From the IMG/VR virus record IMGVR_UViG_2724679538_000009: a stretch of DNA of 17,415 nt; one strand, given 5' to 3'. A model generated the notes under the pieces. It did no database searches. It saw only the letters and a program-made list of their open reading frames with translations, and had not been told where the DNA came from. Shown in pieces: positions 7,740 to 15,865 of this stretch; position 1 is the first letter of the stretch, and the number at the start of each line of letters is the position of its first letter. This DNA is from a virus. Its lineage: Duplodnaviria > Heunggongvirae > Uroviricota > Caudoviricetes. The position numbers and the translations under genes are program-made.

Positions 7740-8692
7740 TGTATGCCGTTTTAGGAGAGATTGAATTTAAGGTTGTCACATTCTGGGACGGCTTTAAAAG
7801 CACAATGGGCGTGGATTACGCCACACATGCCCGTATAGAAGGCAAACCCGGCGTGCAGTTTATTGGCGATAAGCTGGATATGCTGGCGCTGGAATTTTCC
7901 CTGCACAGCCAGTTTTGCCAGCCCACAACAGAGCTGAACCGACTGCGTGAAGCCATGCTTGCTCACAAGGCGATGGCACTGGTATTTGGCAATGGCGATT
8001 ATCGCGGCTGGTTTGTGATTACGGAGCTAACCGCCACCCACCAGCACACCGATCCCTGGGGCAATGTGATTGCCCAAAACGGAACGATGTCGCTCCAGGA
8101 GTACACCGGCGATCCTAAAAATCCACTTTTACCTCCGGCGATTACCACCCAGGAGCCCAACATCGAGGAAAAGGCGAGCGATTTTCCCGACAAGGTGGAG
8201 TCCTGGTTTGATCAGATATTAAACGCCATTGAAGAAGGTATGCGTAAGGCCAAAGAGATGCTGGATGAACTGACACAATCCATTGAAGATATTAAAAAAA
8301 CGGTGGCAAAAGTGAAAGCACTGATTAAAGAGGCCAAAGCGTTAAAAGAAAAGTGTGAAAAGATAATTACGTCGTTGAAAAAGACAATCGACGCCATCGA
8401 AACCCTGTTTAAACAGCCGATGGATCTGCAAACGCTGGCAGGACTCCCAAAAGCGTTGTCGGCGCAGATTAAAGCTTTACTGGGTAACATGCCAGGAATC
8501 CGGGACTGCGCCAATGACGCCAGTACGCTGGTTGACCATGCTCAGGCGCTTTTCGATGACATTACCAGCGACATCGCCGAAACGACGTTTGATAAAGCAG
8601 CAACGTTGGTTGATCAGGCACGAACAACGGTACAACGAACCACTCCAGCAGTGAGTCAGTTTGCTGCCGCAACCATTACGAGGAGCTGGTGA
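7739..8692 (+). CDS. Tail protein, gpU-like N-terminal domain (P2 gpU / Mu gpN DNA-circulation-like) with C-terminal coiled-coil extension
   Basis: 317 aa; TGATG overlap with the tape-measure stop. The N-terminal ~110 aa follow the P2 gpU pattern as recalled (MxxVLGxxxF...LVFGNGDYRGWFVITEL). C-terminal ~170 aa are Lys/Glu/Ala-rich and predicted helical. Confidence 0.55.
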   Translation: MYAVLGEIEFKVVTFWDGFKSTMGVDYATHARIEGKPGVQFIGDKLDMLALEFSLHSQFCQPTTELNRLREAMLAHKAMALVFGNGDYRGWFVITELTATHQHTDPWGNVIAQNGTMSLQEYTGDPKNPLLPPAITTQEPNIEEKASDFPDKVESWFDQILNAIEEGMRKAKEMLDELTQSIEDIKKTVAKVKALIKEAKALKEKCEKIITSLKKTIDAIETLFKQPMDLQTLAGLPKALSAQIKALLGNMPGIRDCANDASTLVDHAQALFDDITSDIAETTFDKAATLVDQARTTVQRTTPAVSQFAAATITRSW

Positions 8693-8901
8693 TGCGATAC
8701 CTTGAACATATCACCACCGACGGCGAACGCTGGGATAATCTGGCATGGCATTACTATGGCGATGCGCTGGCTTATGAACGCATTATCGCCGCCAATCCAC
8801 ATGTCGCCATTTACCCGGTACTACCTTCCGGTATTCAGCTCATCATTCCGGTCATTTCCGTCAACAAAACCGTATCGGAGATCCCACCATGGCTGAGATA
8901 A
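8692..8901 (+). CDS. Tail protein X-like (P2 gpX family, LysM-like)
   Basis: 69 aa from ATG 8692 (AGGAG 6 nt upstream, TGATG overlap). Pattern DGERWDNLAWHYYGD...AANPHV resembles P2 gpX (GDTLDAICVRYYGR...AANPGL) as recalled. Confidence 0.6.
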   Translation: MRYLEHITTDGERWDNLAWHYYGDALAYERIIAANPHVAIYPVLPSGIQLIIPVISVNKTVSEIPPWLR

Positions 8902-9929
8902 GCGTAACTGGCGGCGTCTTTGCCACGCTCGCGCCCATTTTTACCCTCTGGTATGGGCATAAAGATATCACTTATGACATCACGCCTTATGTCACCAGCA
9001 TCCGTTACCAGGACAGTATTAAAAACGAGTCGGATACCATCGCGATTACACTGGATGACACCGATGGACGCTGGATAAAAGAGTGGTATCCCGGCAAAGG
9101 CGATACGCTGGCGCTGCATATGGGTTATCAGGGGGAAAAACTGCTCGATTGTGGTCAATATATTATTGATAAAATTGATATTTCAGCGCCACCTTCCACG
9201 GTAAATATTGATGGCATCGCCACTTCCGTCAATCAGGCGCTGCGCACCCGTAACAGCCAGGGCTTTGAAGAAACGACGCTTTCGGCTATCGCCAGCCGTA
9301 TCGCCCAAACGCACGGTCTGAAACTGGTGGGCAAAATCGAGCCGCTCACCATCGACCGGGTAACGCAGTATGGTGAAACCGATGTCGGATTTCTCAAACG
9401 TCTGGCCAGTGAATATGGTTATGCCGTAAAAGTGACGACAAAAGAGCTGATTTTTTCACATTTACCCGCGCTGCGCTGCCTGGCACCGGTAAAAACGATC
9501 GACCGCAAAGACGTTTCGCATTTCACCTTCAAAGATACCATTAACCGTATCTACAAAAACGCCACCGTACAGCATCAAAATAGTAAGAAAAAAGAACTGG
9601 TTATCTACACCCACGACAGCCAGCAAAAACCGTCTGCCCGTGGAGTCGGCACCAGTGCCGACACGCTAAAACTGAACAGTCGGGCGACGGACGTTGGCGC
9701 AGCACAGGCAAAGGCCAACGCTGCACTCGACAGCCACAACGAATATCAGCAAACCGGGACGCTCACAATGATGGGCTGCCCGGAACTGACGGCGGGCAAT
9801 AAAATTGAACTGACCGATTTTGGCGTGATTTCCGGTCAGTGGCTAATTGATAAATCTACTCACAGTTTTGTGCGCAGCGGCTATACCACTGAAATCGACG
9901 TGTCGCGCGGGCCAGCGACCAGCCAGTAA
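8889..9929 (+). CDS. Baseplate hub / late control D-like protein (P2 gpD / Mu gpP family)
   Basis: 346 aa; follows the tape-measure, U-like and X-like genes as in P2 (T-U-D). Size and conserved-looking central region (FLKRLASEYGY) are consistent with gpD-type hub proteins. Confidence 0.75.
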   Translation: MAEISVTGGVFATLAPIFTLWYGHKDITYDITPYVTSIRYQDSIKNESDTIAITLDDTDGRWIKEWYPGKGDTLALHMGYQGEKLLDCGQYIIDKIDISAPPSTVNIDGIATSVNQALRTRNSQGFEETTLSAIASRIAQTHGLKLVGKIEPLTIDRVTQYGETDVGFLKRLASEYGYAVKVTTKELIFSHLPALRCLAPVKTIDRKDVSHFTFKDTINRIYKNATVQHQNSKKKELVIYTHDSQQKPSARGVGTSADTLKLNSRATDVGAAQAKANAALDSHNEYQQTGTLTMMGCPELTAGNKIELTDFGVISGQWLIDKSTHSFVRSGYTTEIDVSRGPATSQ

Positions 9930-9938
9930 GGAGGAAAT

Positions 9939-10640
9939 ATGAAAGGAGTAACCCGGCAAACGGGGATTATCAGCGATATTGACGAAACCAGCGTTCGGGT
10001 GCGGGTCACGCTCCCGGAGTGTGACAACCTGAAGAGCAACTGGCTTGCGGTACTTCAACGCAATTCCCAGGACAATAAAGACTACTGGCTACCGGATATG
10101 GGCGAGCAAGTGGAAGTTCTGCTGGACAATAACGGTGAAGATGGCGTGGTGCTGGGCGCAGTTTATTCTACGGTTGACACCGCGCCTGTGGCCTCGCGCG
10201 ATAAACGTTACGTCCAGTTTTCTGATGGCGCAGCGTTTGAATATGACCGCAGCACGCACCAGCTGACGATTAACGGCGGTATCGAGAAAATCGTGATTGA
10301 GGTTATCGACAGTACCCGCCTGACATCACCCAACGTTGAGATTAAAGCCCAACAGGTCATCGTGACTTCCGATACTGTCGATGTTAAAGCGACCGATGTC
10401 AGCATCGACGCCACTAAGGTCGATGTTAAAGCGGCAGCAGTGACGGTAGACGCGCCCATGAGCACCTTTACTGGCAACGTCACGGTAATGAAAAAACTCA
10501 CCTGGCTTGGCGGGATGGCAGGAAGTGGAGGCATCGGTAACGCCGCCACGATAACTGGCAATGTCAACGTGATCGGCAACGTTCAGGCCAGCGGCGCATT
10601 GCAGGACAGCGGTGGCAACTCCAACCACCATACACACTGA
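9939..10640 (+). CDS. Baseplate spike protein (P2 gpV-like)
   Basis: 233 aa; GGAGG Shine-Dalgarno upstream; repetitive beta-strand-like VDVKA motifs consistent with a beta-helical spike; C-terminus ends in a His cluster (SNHHTH); located directly before the gp25/W-like gene. Confidence 0.7.
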   Translation: MKGVTRQTGIISDIDETSVRVRVTLPECDNLKSNWLAVLQRNSQDNKDYWLPDMGEQVEVLLDNNGEDGVVLGAVYSTVDTAPVASRDKRYVQFSDGAAFEYDRSTHQLTINGGIEKIVIEVIDSTRLTSPNVEIKAQQVIVTSDTVDVKATDVSIDATKVDVKAAAVTVDAPMSTFTGNVTVMKKLTWLGGMAGSGGIGNAATITGNVNVIGNVQASGALQDSGGNSNHHTH

Positions 10641-10645
10641 CGTTT

Positions 10646-10675
10646 AACCCGCCTGATGGCGGGTTTTCTCTTTTT
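10646..10675 (+). terminator. Rho-independent terminator between spike and gp25-like genes
   Basis: aacccgcc-tgat-ggcgggtt is a perfect 8-bp stem with a 4-nt loop, followed by ttctcttttt, 6 nt after the spike stop codon. Confidence 0.65.
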
Positions 10676-10738
10676 AATCAATCAGTTTTCTAAATCGCTT
10701 TAATATCGCCACAGCCCGTTCAGGGCGAAAATACCCTC

Positions 10739-11098
10739 ATGAACACAAAAACACGACCCTCAACGCTGCACTGGCAACCGGCCTTGCAGCGGCCTGAAGA
10801 ATACGTCTGCGGGCTGGATGATATTCACCAGGCGATACACATCATTCTGCGCACACCGCGCGGCAGTGATCCTCACAGACCGCTGTTTGGCAGCAACTTG
10901 TGGCACTACATCGATTACCCCATCGAGCGGGCAATCCCGCATGTGGTACGGGAGTCGGTGGAAGCCATCCGCCAGTGGGAACCGCGCTGTCGGTTGCTGA
11001 AGGTGACACCAGTAATCGACGGTGAACATCTGACGTTACGTGTGCAATGGCGCGCCGCTGACGGCGTTATCAACTCAACGGAGGTGTTATGGCGATAG
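10739..11098 (+). CDS. Baseplate wedge protein (P2 gpW / T4 gp25-like)
   Basis: 119 aa; motifs typical of the GPW/gp25 family (RPLFGSNLWHY, WEPRCRLLKV); overlaps the J-like gene start by 10 nt. Confidence 0.8.
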   Translation: MNTKTRPSTLHWQPALQRPEEYVCGLDDIHQAIHIILRTPRGSDPHRPLFGSNLWHYIDYPIERAIPHVVRESVEAIRQWEPRCRLLKVTPVIDGEHLTLRVQWRAADGVINSTEVLWR

Positions 11099-12204
11099 CC
11101 GAACCCAATTTTATTGACCGCGATCCTGCGCAAATTACCAGTGAGATGATTGCGCAATATGAAGATGCCAGCGGTAAAAAACTCTATCCGGCACAGGCTG
11201 AGCGGTTGCTCATCGACCTGTTTGCCTATCGTGAAAACCTTGTACGCATCGCCATTCAGGAAGCGGCGAAACAAAACCTGGTCGCGTATTCCCGCGCGCC
11301 AATGCTGGATTATTTAGGGGAGTTGGTGGGAGTTCACCGTTTGCCTGCGCAGCCTGCAAAAACGACGTTGCAGTTTTCGGTCGTCAGTGCGTATACCAGC
11401 AATATCCTGATTCCCCAGGGGACGCGGGCCAGTGCTTCTGATAGCGTGATGTTCGCCACCGATGAAGATGTTCTGCTTCCGGCCAGGAGTTTGCATATCG
11501 CCGTTCCTGCCACCAGCCTCGCAGCAGGTGAACAGGGCAACGGCTGGCAGCCTGCACAAATTAGCGCACTGGTCGACAGGATTGGTCATTATGACATCAA
11601 CGTAACCAACCTGACTGCGTCAACGGGCGGCTGCGGTGAAGAGAGCGATGACGCATTGCGCCAGCGTATCCAACTGGCACCAGAAAGCTTTAGTAATGCG
11701 GGCAGCTATGGCGCATACCGCTTTCATACGCTTTCTGTTAGCCAGTCGATTATTGACGTTGCAGTACTGGGGCCGGACGAGGGATTGCCAGAAGGCTGCG
11801 TGGAGATCTACCCGCTAACCCTGAACGGACTGCCAGGAATAGAACTGCTCGCGCAAATCGAACAGGAGGTTAGCAAGGAGAAAAAACGTCCGCTGACCGA
11901 CAAAGTGAGTGCGAAATGCGCTCTTCGAGTGCCGTATGAGATCCGTGCTCAGCTAACGCTGTTTACCACCGCCGATCAGGAGACAACGCTGGCTGCGGCG
12001 CGTAAAGCGATTAGCCTCTGGACGCAACAGCGGCAGAAACATCTGGGGCAGGACATTGTGCCAAACCAGATAATCAAAGTGTTACAGGTCGATGGCGTCT
12101 ATGACGTTGCGCTGAATATGCCTACAAAACGTATTTTGCAGGCGCATGAATGGGCGGAATGCACTGCAATAGACGTCACGATTGCCGGAGTCAGCGATGG
12201 ATAA
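11089..12204 (+). CDS. Baseplate J-like protein (P2 gpJ / Mu gp47 family)
   Basis: 371 aa; GGAGG 4-5 nt upstream; position between W-like and I-like genes. Confidence 0.85.
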   Translation: MAIAEPNFIDRDPAQITSEMIAQYEDASGKKLYPAQAERLLIDLFAYRENLVRIAIQEAAKQNLVAYSRAPMLDYLGELVGVHRLPAQPAKTTLQFSVVSAYTSNILIPQGTRASASDSVMFATDEDVLLPARSLHIAVPATSLAAGEQGNGWQPAQISALVDRIGHYDINVTNLTASTGGCGEESDDALRQRIQLAPESFSNAGSYGAYRFHTLSVSQSIIDVAVLGPDEGLPEGCVEIYPLTLNGLPGIELLAQIEQEVSKEKKRPLTDKVSAKCALRVPYEIRAQLTLFTTADQETTLAAARKAISLWTQQRQKHLGQDIVPNQIIKVLQVDGVYDVALNMPTKRILQAHEWAECTAIDVTIAGVSDG

Positions 12205-12916
12205 ATTGCTGCCACCGCCGCCGCTTGCCAGCGATGAGCGTTTTTCGATTCTGGCAAACATCGCCGCCGAGCGTTTTGCCCAACTCGATCTGACGGCGTT
12301 GATGGTTTATCTGGTCGACCTGGTTGATGCTTCGGCATTACCAGCCCTTGCAGAACAATTTCACGTTCAGGGGCTGGAAGGTTGGTTATTTACCACCGAT
12401 GAGCGGGAGAAGCGCGAGTTAATTAAACAAGCCATTGAACTGCATAAATATAAAGGAACAATTTGGGCGGTACGGCGGGTGCTGGAAATACTTTCCTTAC
12501 CCGGAACTATTTCAGAATGGTTTGAATATGGGGGAAGGGCTTATTTTTTTAAGGTAAATATTACACTAGAGGAAAAAGGATTAAATAAAGATGAATTCAA
12601 TGCACTTATCACATTAATTCATGAATATAAAAATGTTCGTTCAAAGCTGGAAAGCATTGTTATTTGGCTTATTAATCGAAGCCCAATACCAGTTATTGGC
12701 AGCGCCATGCAAGGAGGGGAAGTCATTACAGTATTGCCTCCTGTTGCAGAAAGCCTCAGCCAGTCATCAGGAATATTTTTGGCGACGGGTTATTGTGTGG
12801 AGGAATATATCCAACTACTACCTTATCAACCCGATCGCCTTACACAATCCCAACCGATGAAGGTCGGCACAGGATACTGGAGCACCGAAATTATGTCTGT
12901 ATATCCGGAGGAATAA
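12197..12916 (+). CDS. Tail protein I-like (P2 gpI family)
   Basis: 239 aa from ATG 12197 (GGAG 6 nt upstream; the track start is TTG 12182). [17 protein letters not shown] matches the P2 gpI CHKGTIGAIRRVVEPL region as recalled; C-terminal ...SVYPEE resembles the gpI ...VITVYPG end. C-terminal half is AT-rich. Confidence 0.8.
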   Translation: MDKLLPPPPLASDERFSILANIAAERFAQLDLTALMVYLVDLVDASALPALAEQFHVQGLEGWLFTTDEREKRELIKQAIELHKYKGTIWAVRRVLEILSLPGTISEWFEYGGRAYFFKVNITLEEKGLNKDEFNALITLIHEYKNVRSKLESIVIWLINRSPIPVIGSAMQGGEVITVLPPVAESLSQSSGIFLATGYCVEEYIQLLPYQPDRLTQSQPMKVGTGYWSTEIMSVYPEE

Positions 12917-14496
12917 TGGCAAGTGAATTTTTTACAATATTAACTACTGCAGGCAAAGCCAAAATTGCCTCTGCATTGACGGAGCAAAAACAGATCCGTC
13001 TGCAAACTATGGTAGTTGGCGACGGTAATGGTAAATATATCGAACCGACAGAAAGTCAGACTAAAGTAGTCCATGAGGTCTGGCGTGGTCAGCTCAATAC
13101 ATTAAAAATTGCGCCAGATAATCCGGCCTGGGTTATCGCAGAAGCGATTATTCCCGAACAAGTCGGAGGCTGGTATGTACGCGAAGTTGGGTTACTGGAT
13201 ACCGACGGCACGCTGGTCGCTATTGGTAAATTTCCGGAAACCTATAAGCCACGATTACCTGCGGGGGCCAGTAAGCAAATCGTTATACGCGCGGTCATGG
13301 AAGTCACCAATGCAGACGCGGTGACGCTTTTGATCGACCCTTCAGTCGTTGTGGCAACCAGGGAATATGTCGATGACGCGTTGAAAACACATCAGCAATC
13401 ACGAAATCATCCTGATGCGACGCTAACACAAAAAGGTTTTACACTGCTGAGCAATGCGACTAATAGCGATGATGAAACCAAAGCTGCCACACCAAAAGCG
13501 GTAAAAACGGCATATGACCTGGCAAATAGCAAAGCTGCCACCAGTCATAATCATGCCTGGAATCAGATTACTGGTATCCCTGATGGTACACTGACGCAGA
13601 AAGGAGTCGTTAAACTTAACAACACAACAAATAGCACCAGTACAACGGAAGCTGCAACGCCAAGTGCTGTTAAAGCAGCGATGGACAAGGCTATTGCTGC
13701 GGCACCGTCCAGCCATACCCATGCCTGGGGGCAAATAACAGGTATCCCCGACGGTACGCTGACACAAAAAGGGGTCGTGAAACTTAATAATGCGACCAAC
13801 AGCACCAGTACGACGGAAGCTGCAACGCCGAACGCGGTTAAGGCAGCGATGGATAAGGCTATTGCTGCGGAAAGCTGTCCTGTAGGGATGCCTATACCCT
13901 GGCCATCTGATTCTGTACCTTCAGGCTACGCTCTGATGACTGGTCAGACATTTAATAAAACCTCCTATCCCAAACTGGCAATTGCATATCCATCTGGCGT
14001 TATTCCTGATATGCGCGGATGGATAATTAAAGGAAAACCATCCAGTGGGCGCGCTATATTATCTACTGAACTGGATGGAGTTAAATCACATAACCATACG
14101 GGCAGTATTTCTAGTACCAATTTAGGGACAATAACATCTACCTCTACGGACTTAGGAACAAAAACTACAGCTTCATTTAATCATGGAAGTAGAAATACAA
14201 GCACATCTGGAGAACATACACACCGAATACCAACTGATGGTGCAGAAGGTAAAGATGGACCGTCTTTATGGAACAGCCCCAATTCAGATGAGAACTACAG
14301 AGAACCTACTGAGTCTGCTGGTAGTCATTATCATAGTATTACGATTGGCGCCCATGCACATACAATCGCACTGGGAAGTCATACACATAATATTGTGTTA
14401 GGTACACATAATCACTCAATTATCATCAATAACACTGGCAATACAGAAAATACTGTTAAAAACATTGCATTCAATTATATTGTGAGGCTTGCATGA
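12916..14496 (+). CDS. Tail fibre protein (P2 gpH-like N-terminus, repeat-containing shaft, His-box C-terminal tip)
   Basis: 526 aa from ATG 12916 (GGAGG 6 nt upstream). N-terminal ~200 aa closely track P2 gpH as recalled ([41 protein letters not shown]...[14 protein letters not shown]). Contains 56-aa tandem repeats and C-terminal HxH motifs ([32 protein letters not shown]). Confidence 0.85.
   Translation: MASEFFTILTTAGKAKIASALTEQKQIRLQTMVVGDGNGKYIEPTESQTKVVHEVWRGQLNTLKIAPDNPAWVIAEAIIPEQVGGWYVREVGLLDTDGTLVAIGKFPETYKPRLPAGASKQIVIRAVMEVTNADAVTLLIDPSVVVATREYVDDALKTHQQSRNHPDATLTQKGFTLLSNATNSDDETKAATPKAVKTAYDLANSKAATSHNHAWNQITGIPDGTLTQKGVVKLNNTTNSTSTTEAATPSAVKAAMDKAIAAAPSSHTHAWGQITGIPDGTLTQKGVVKLNNATNSTSTTEAATPNAVKAAMDKAIAAESCPVGMPIPWPSDSVPSGYALMTGQTFNKTSYPKLAIAYPSGVIPDMRGWIIKGKPSSGRAILSTELDGVKSHNHTGSISSTNLGTITSTSTDLGTKTTASFNHGSRNTSTSGEHTHRIPTDGAEGKDGPSLWNSPNSDENYREPTESAGSHYHSITIGAHAHTIALGSHTHNIVLGTHNHSIIINNTGNTENTVKNIAFNYIVRLA
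13420..13870 (+). repeat. In-frame tandem direct repeats, 168-bp period (about 2.7 copies) inside the tail fibre gene
   Basis: Units begin at 13420, 13588 and 13756, each encoding TLTQKG(V/F)..[27 protein letters not shown]...[12 protein letters not shown]. Copies 2 and 3 are near-identical at DNA level. Confidence 0.75.
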
Positions 14497-15200
14497 ATAC
14501 TTTTACTTTTTCCGATAACGCACAAATTTTATCTGTTTTTAATTTTTCACCAGACACACAAGAATTTATTGGTGAGTCCAATGTATATATAGCACCAAAC
14601 ACTGGACTACCGAATTACTGCACATTAACACCACCACCACAAAAAATTGCAGGTTTTACTTCTATATGGTCAATTAATAAATGGGAACTTATTGAAGATC
14701 ATCGAGGCCAAACTGTTTATAACAAAGTTGATGGCAGCCAGATTATTATTAATAAATTGGGTCAATTGCCTGAAACTGTCACCATCATTTCCCCTACCAG
14801 TACTTTTGAGCGTTGGGATGGCGAAAAATGGCAGCCATCAATTGATGATGCTAAACAGGCGAAATGTGCCGAAATCAAAACATTGCGCGACTCCATCACT
14901 ACCGACTACATCATCATCAACGACAATTACTTCCACAGTGATACAAGCAGCCGCATCCAACAACTCTCACTCACAAAAATGGGAGCGGAGAAAAAAATTC
15001 CGCCAGGTTTAATGTGGAAAACTAAAAATAATGGTCTGACTGAGTTAACCAACGAAATCGCTGCCCAGTTTGAATCCGTCACAATGGATCACGATATACG
15101 CTTGTTTGCCAACGCCCAACGCCATATCGCGGCGGTGGAAGCTCTGGACGATATTCAGTCGGTACTCGACTACGATTATTCAACAGGCTGGCAACCATGA
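14493..15200 (+). CDS. Tail fibre assembly protein (lambda Tfa / P2 gpG family)
   Basis: 235 aa; ATGA overlap with the fibre stop. N-terminal region [32 protein letters not shown]...[13 protein letters not shown] parallels lambda Tfa (EFIGEGDAYIPPHTGLP...PPDIPAGF...WHLVEDHRGKTVY) as recalled. Confidence 0.8.
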   Translation: MNTFTFSDNAQILSVFNFSPDTQEFIGESNVYIAPNTGLPNYCTLTPPPQKIAGFTSIWSINKWELIEDHRGQTVYNKVDGSQIIINKLGQLPETVTIISPTSTFERWDGEKWQPSIDDAKQAKCAEIKTLRDSITTDYIIINDNYFHSDTSSRIQQLSLTKMGAEKKIPPGLMWKTKNNGLTELTNEIAAQFESVTMDHDIRLFANAQRHIAAVEALDDIQSVLDYDYSTGWQP

Positions 15201-15652
15201 GTAAAACTACAGTCTGGCTCGCTTGCTATAAAGGGCGAACAGAGCACCGGGTTATTGCGAGACTGGCTGACTGGCTTACACGCAAAATCACTCGCGGCAG
15301 TTATTCCCACTGTGAATTAGCCGTAGCACATGGAGAAAAGAGTTACCTTTGTTACTCCGCCTCTCTGCGCGATCGAGGCGTTCGTGGAAAGATAATGCCT
15401 TTACCGCCAGACAAGTGGGATATGCTGCCGCTCCAGGTCAGCCTTCAGGATGTAGAAGCTTTTTTCCGTAAACATGATGGCAAAAAATACGACTGGCGTG
15501 GAGCCTTAGGAATTATCACCGGCAATAAAGAACAGCGCGATCGCCTGTTTTGTAGCGAATTTTGTGCCGAATTTCTGCAATTAAAAGAAAGTTGGCGCTA
15601 TTCCCCAAACCACTTGTACGCTTTAGTTAACAGTTGGCAATATCAACCATAA
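15197..15652 (+). CDS. Putative permuted papain-fold (YiiX/YaeF C92 / LRAT-like) thiol enzyme
   Basis: 151 aa; ATGA-coupled to the tfa stop. His-containing N-terminal motif (GSYSHCELAVAHG) and C-terminal GKKYDW...RLFCSEF resemble the GxxYDF...YCSEV signature of YiiX-type permuted NlpC/P60 proteins as recalled. No transmembrane segment. Confidence 0.4.
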   Translation: MSKTTVWLACYKGRTEHRVIARLADWLTRKITRGSYSHCELAVAHGEKSYLCYSASLRDRGVRGKIMPLPPDKWDMLPLQVSLQDVEAFFRKHDGKKYDWRGALGIITGNKEQRDRLFCSEFCAEFLQLKESWRYSPNHLYALVNSWQYQP

Positions 15653-15657
15653 ACTAC

Positions 15658-15680
15658 GCCGGGCTTCAAGCCCGGCTTTA
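15658..15680 (+). terminator. Terminator-like hairpin ending the tail operon
   Basis: gccgggc-ttcaa-gcccggc stem-loop followed by ttta, 6 nt after the stop of the 151-aa gene. Confidence 0.5.
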
Positions 15681-15796
15681 ATCAGGCTGTATATTCCATC
15701 ACAAACAAAGCACATGCTTATAAATATTCACAGTAATTATATTTCCATATTAACCATCCACTGAGTGAATATAGAAGAATTTAAATACAATAACTA

Positions 15797-15824
15797 TTGC
15801 ATTGTAAATTACATCAAATATAGT
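15797..15824 (+). promoter_or_regulatory. Candidate sigma70 promoter for the glycosyltransferase-like gene
   Basis: TTGCAT, 16-nt spacer, TATAGT within a 180-bp AT-rich spacer about 40 nt upstream of ATG 15866. The spacer contains the palindrome TGTAA-A-TTACA (15803-15813). Hexamer prediction by eye only. Confidence 0.3.
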
Positions 15825-15865
15825 TCACTACTTATATATTTTGCTAATCGCTACAGGGAAATTAC

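Noticed and set aside
12793-12915. Upstream extension of the tail fibre ORF, and TTG starts at 2856 and 12182
   Set aside because: ATG codons with good Shine-Dalgarno spacing (2862, 12197, 12916) are more plausible, and the extensions overlap the preceding genes.
13423-13805. Minus-strand ORFs of 114 and 80 aa inside the tail fibre gene
   Set aside because: Artefacts of the 168-bp tandem repeats; the 80-aa ORF itself shows the repeat as duplicated peptide.
12916-15200. Invertible tail-fibre segment (Mu G-segment / Gin-Pin type host-range switch)
   Set aside because: No site-specific recombinase gene and no inverted duplicate of the fibre C-terminus or tfa; fibre and tfa are simply collinear.
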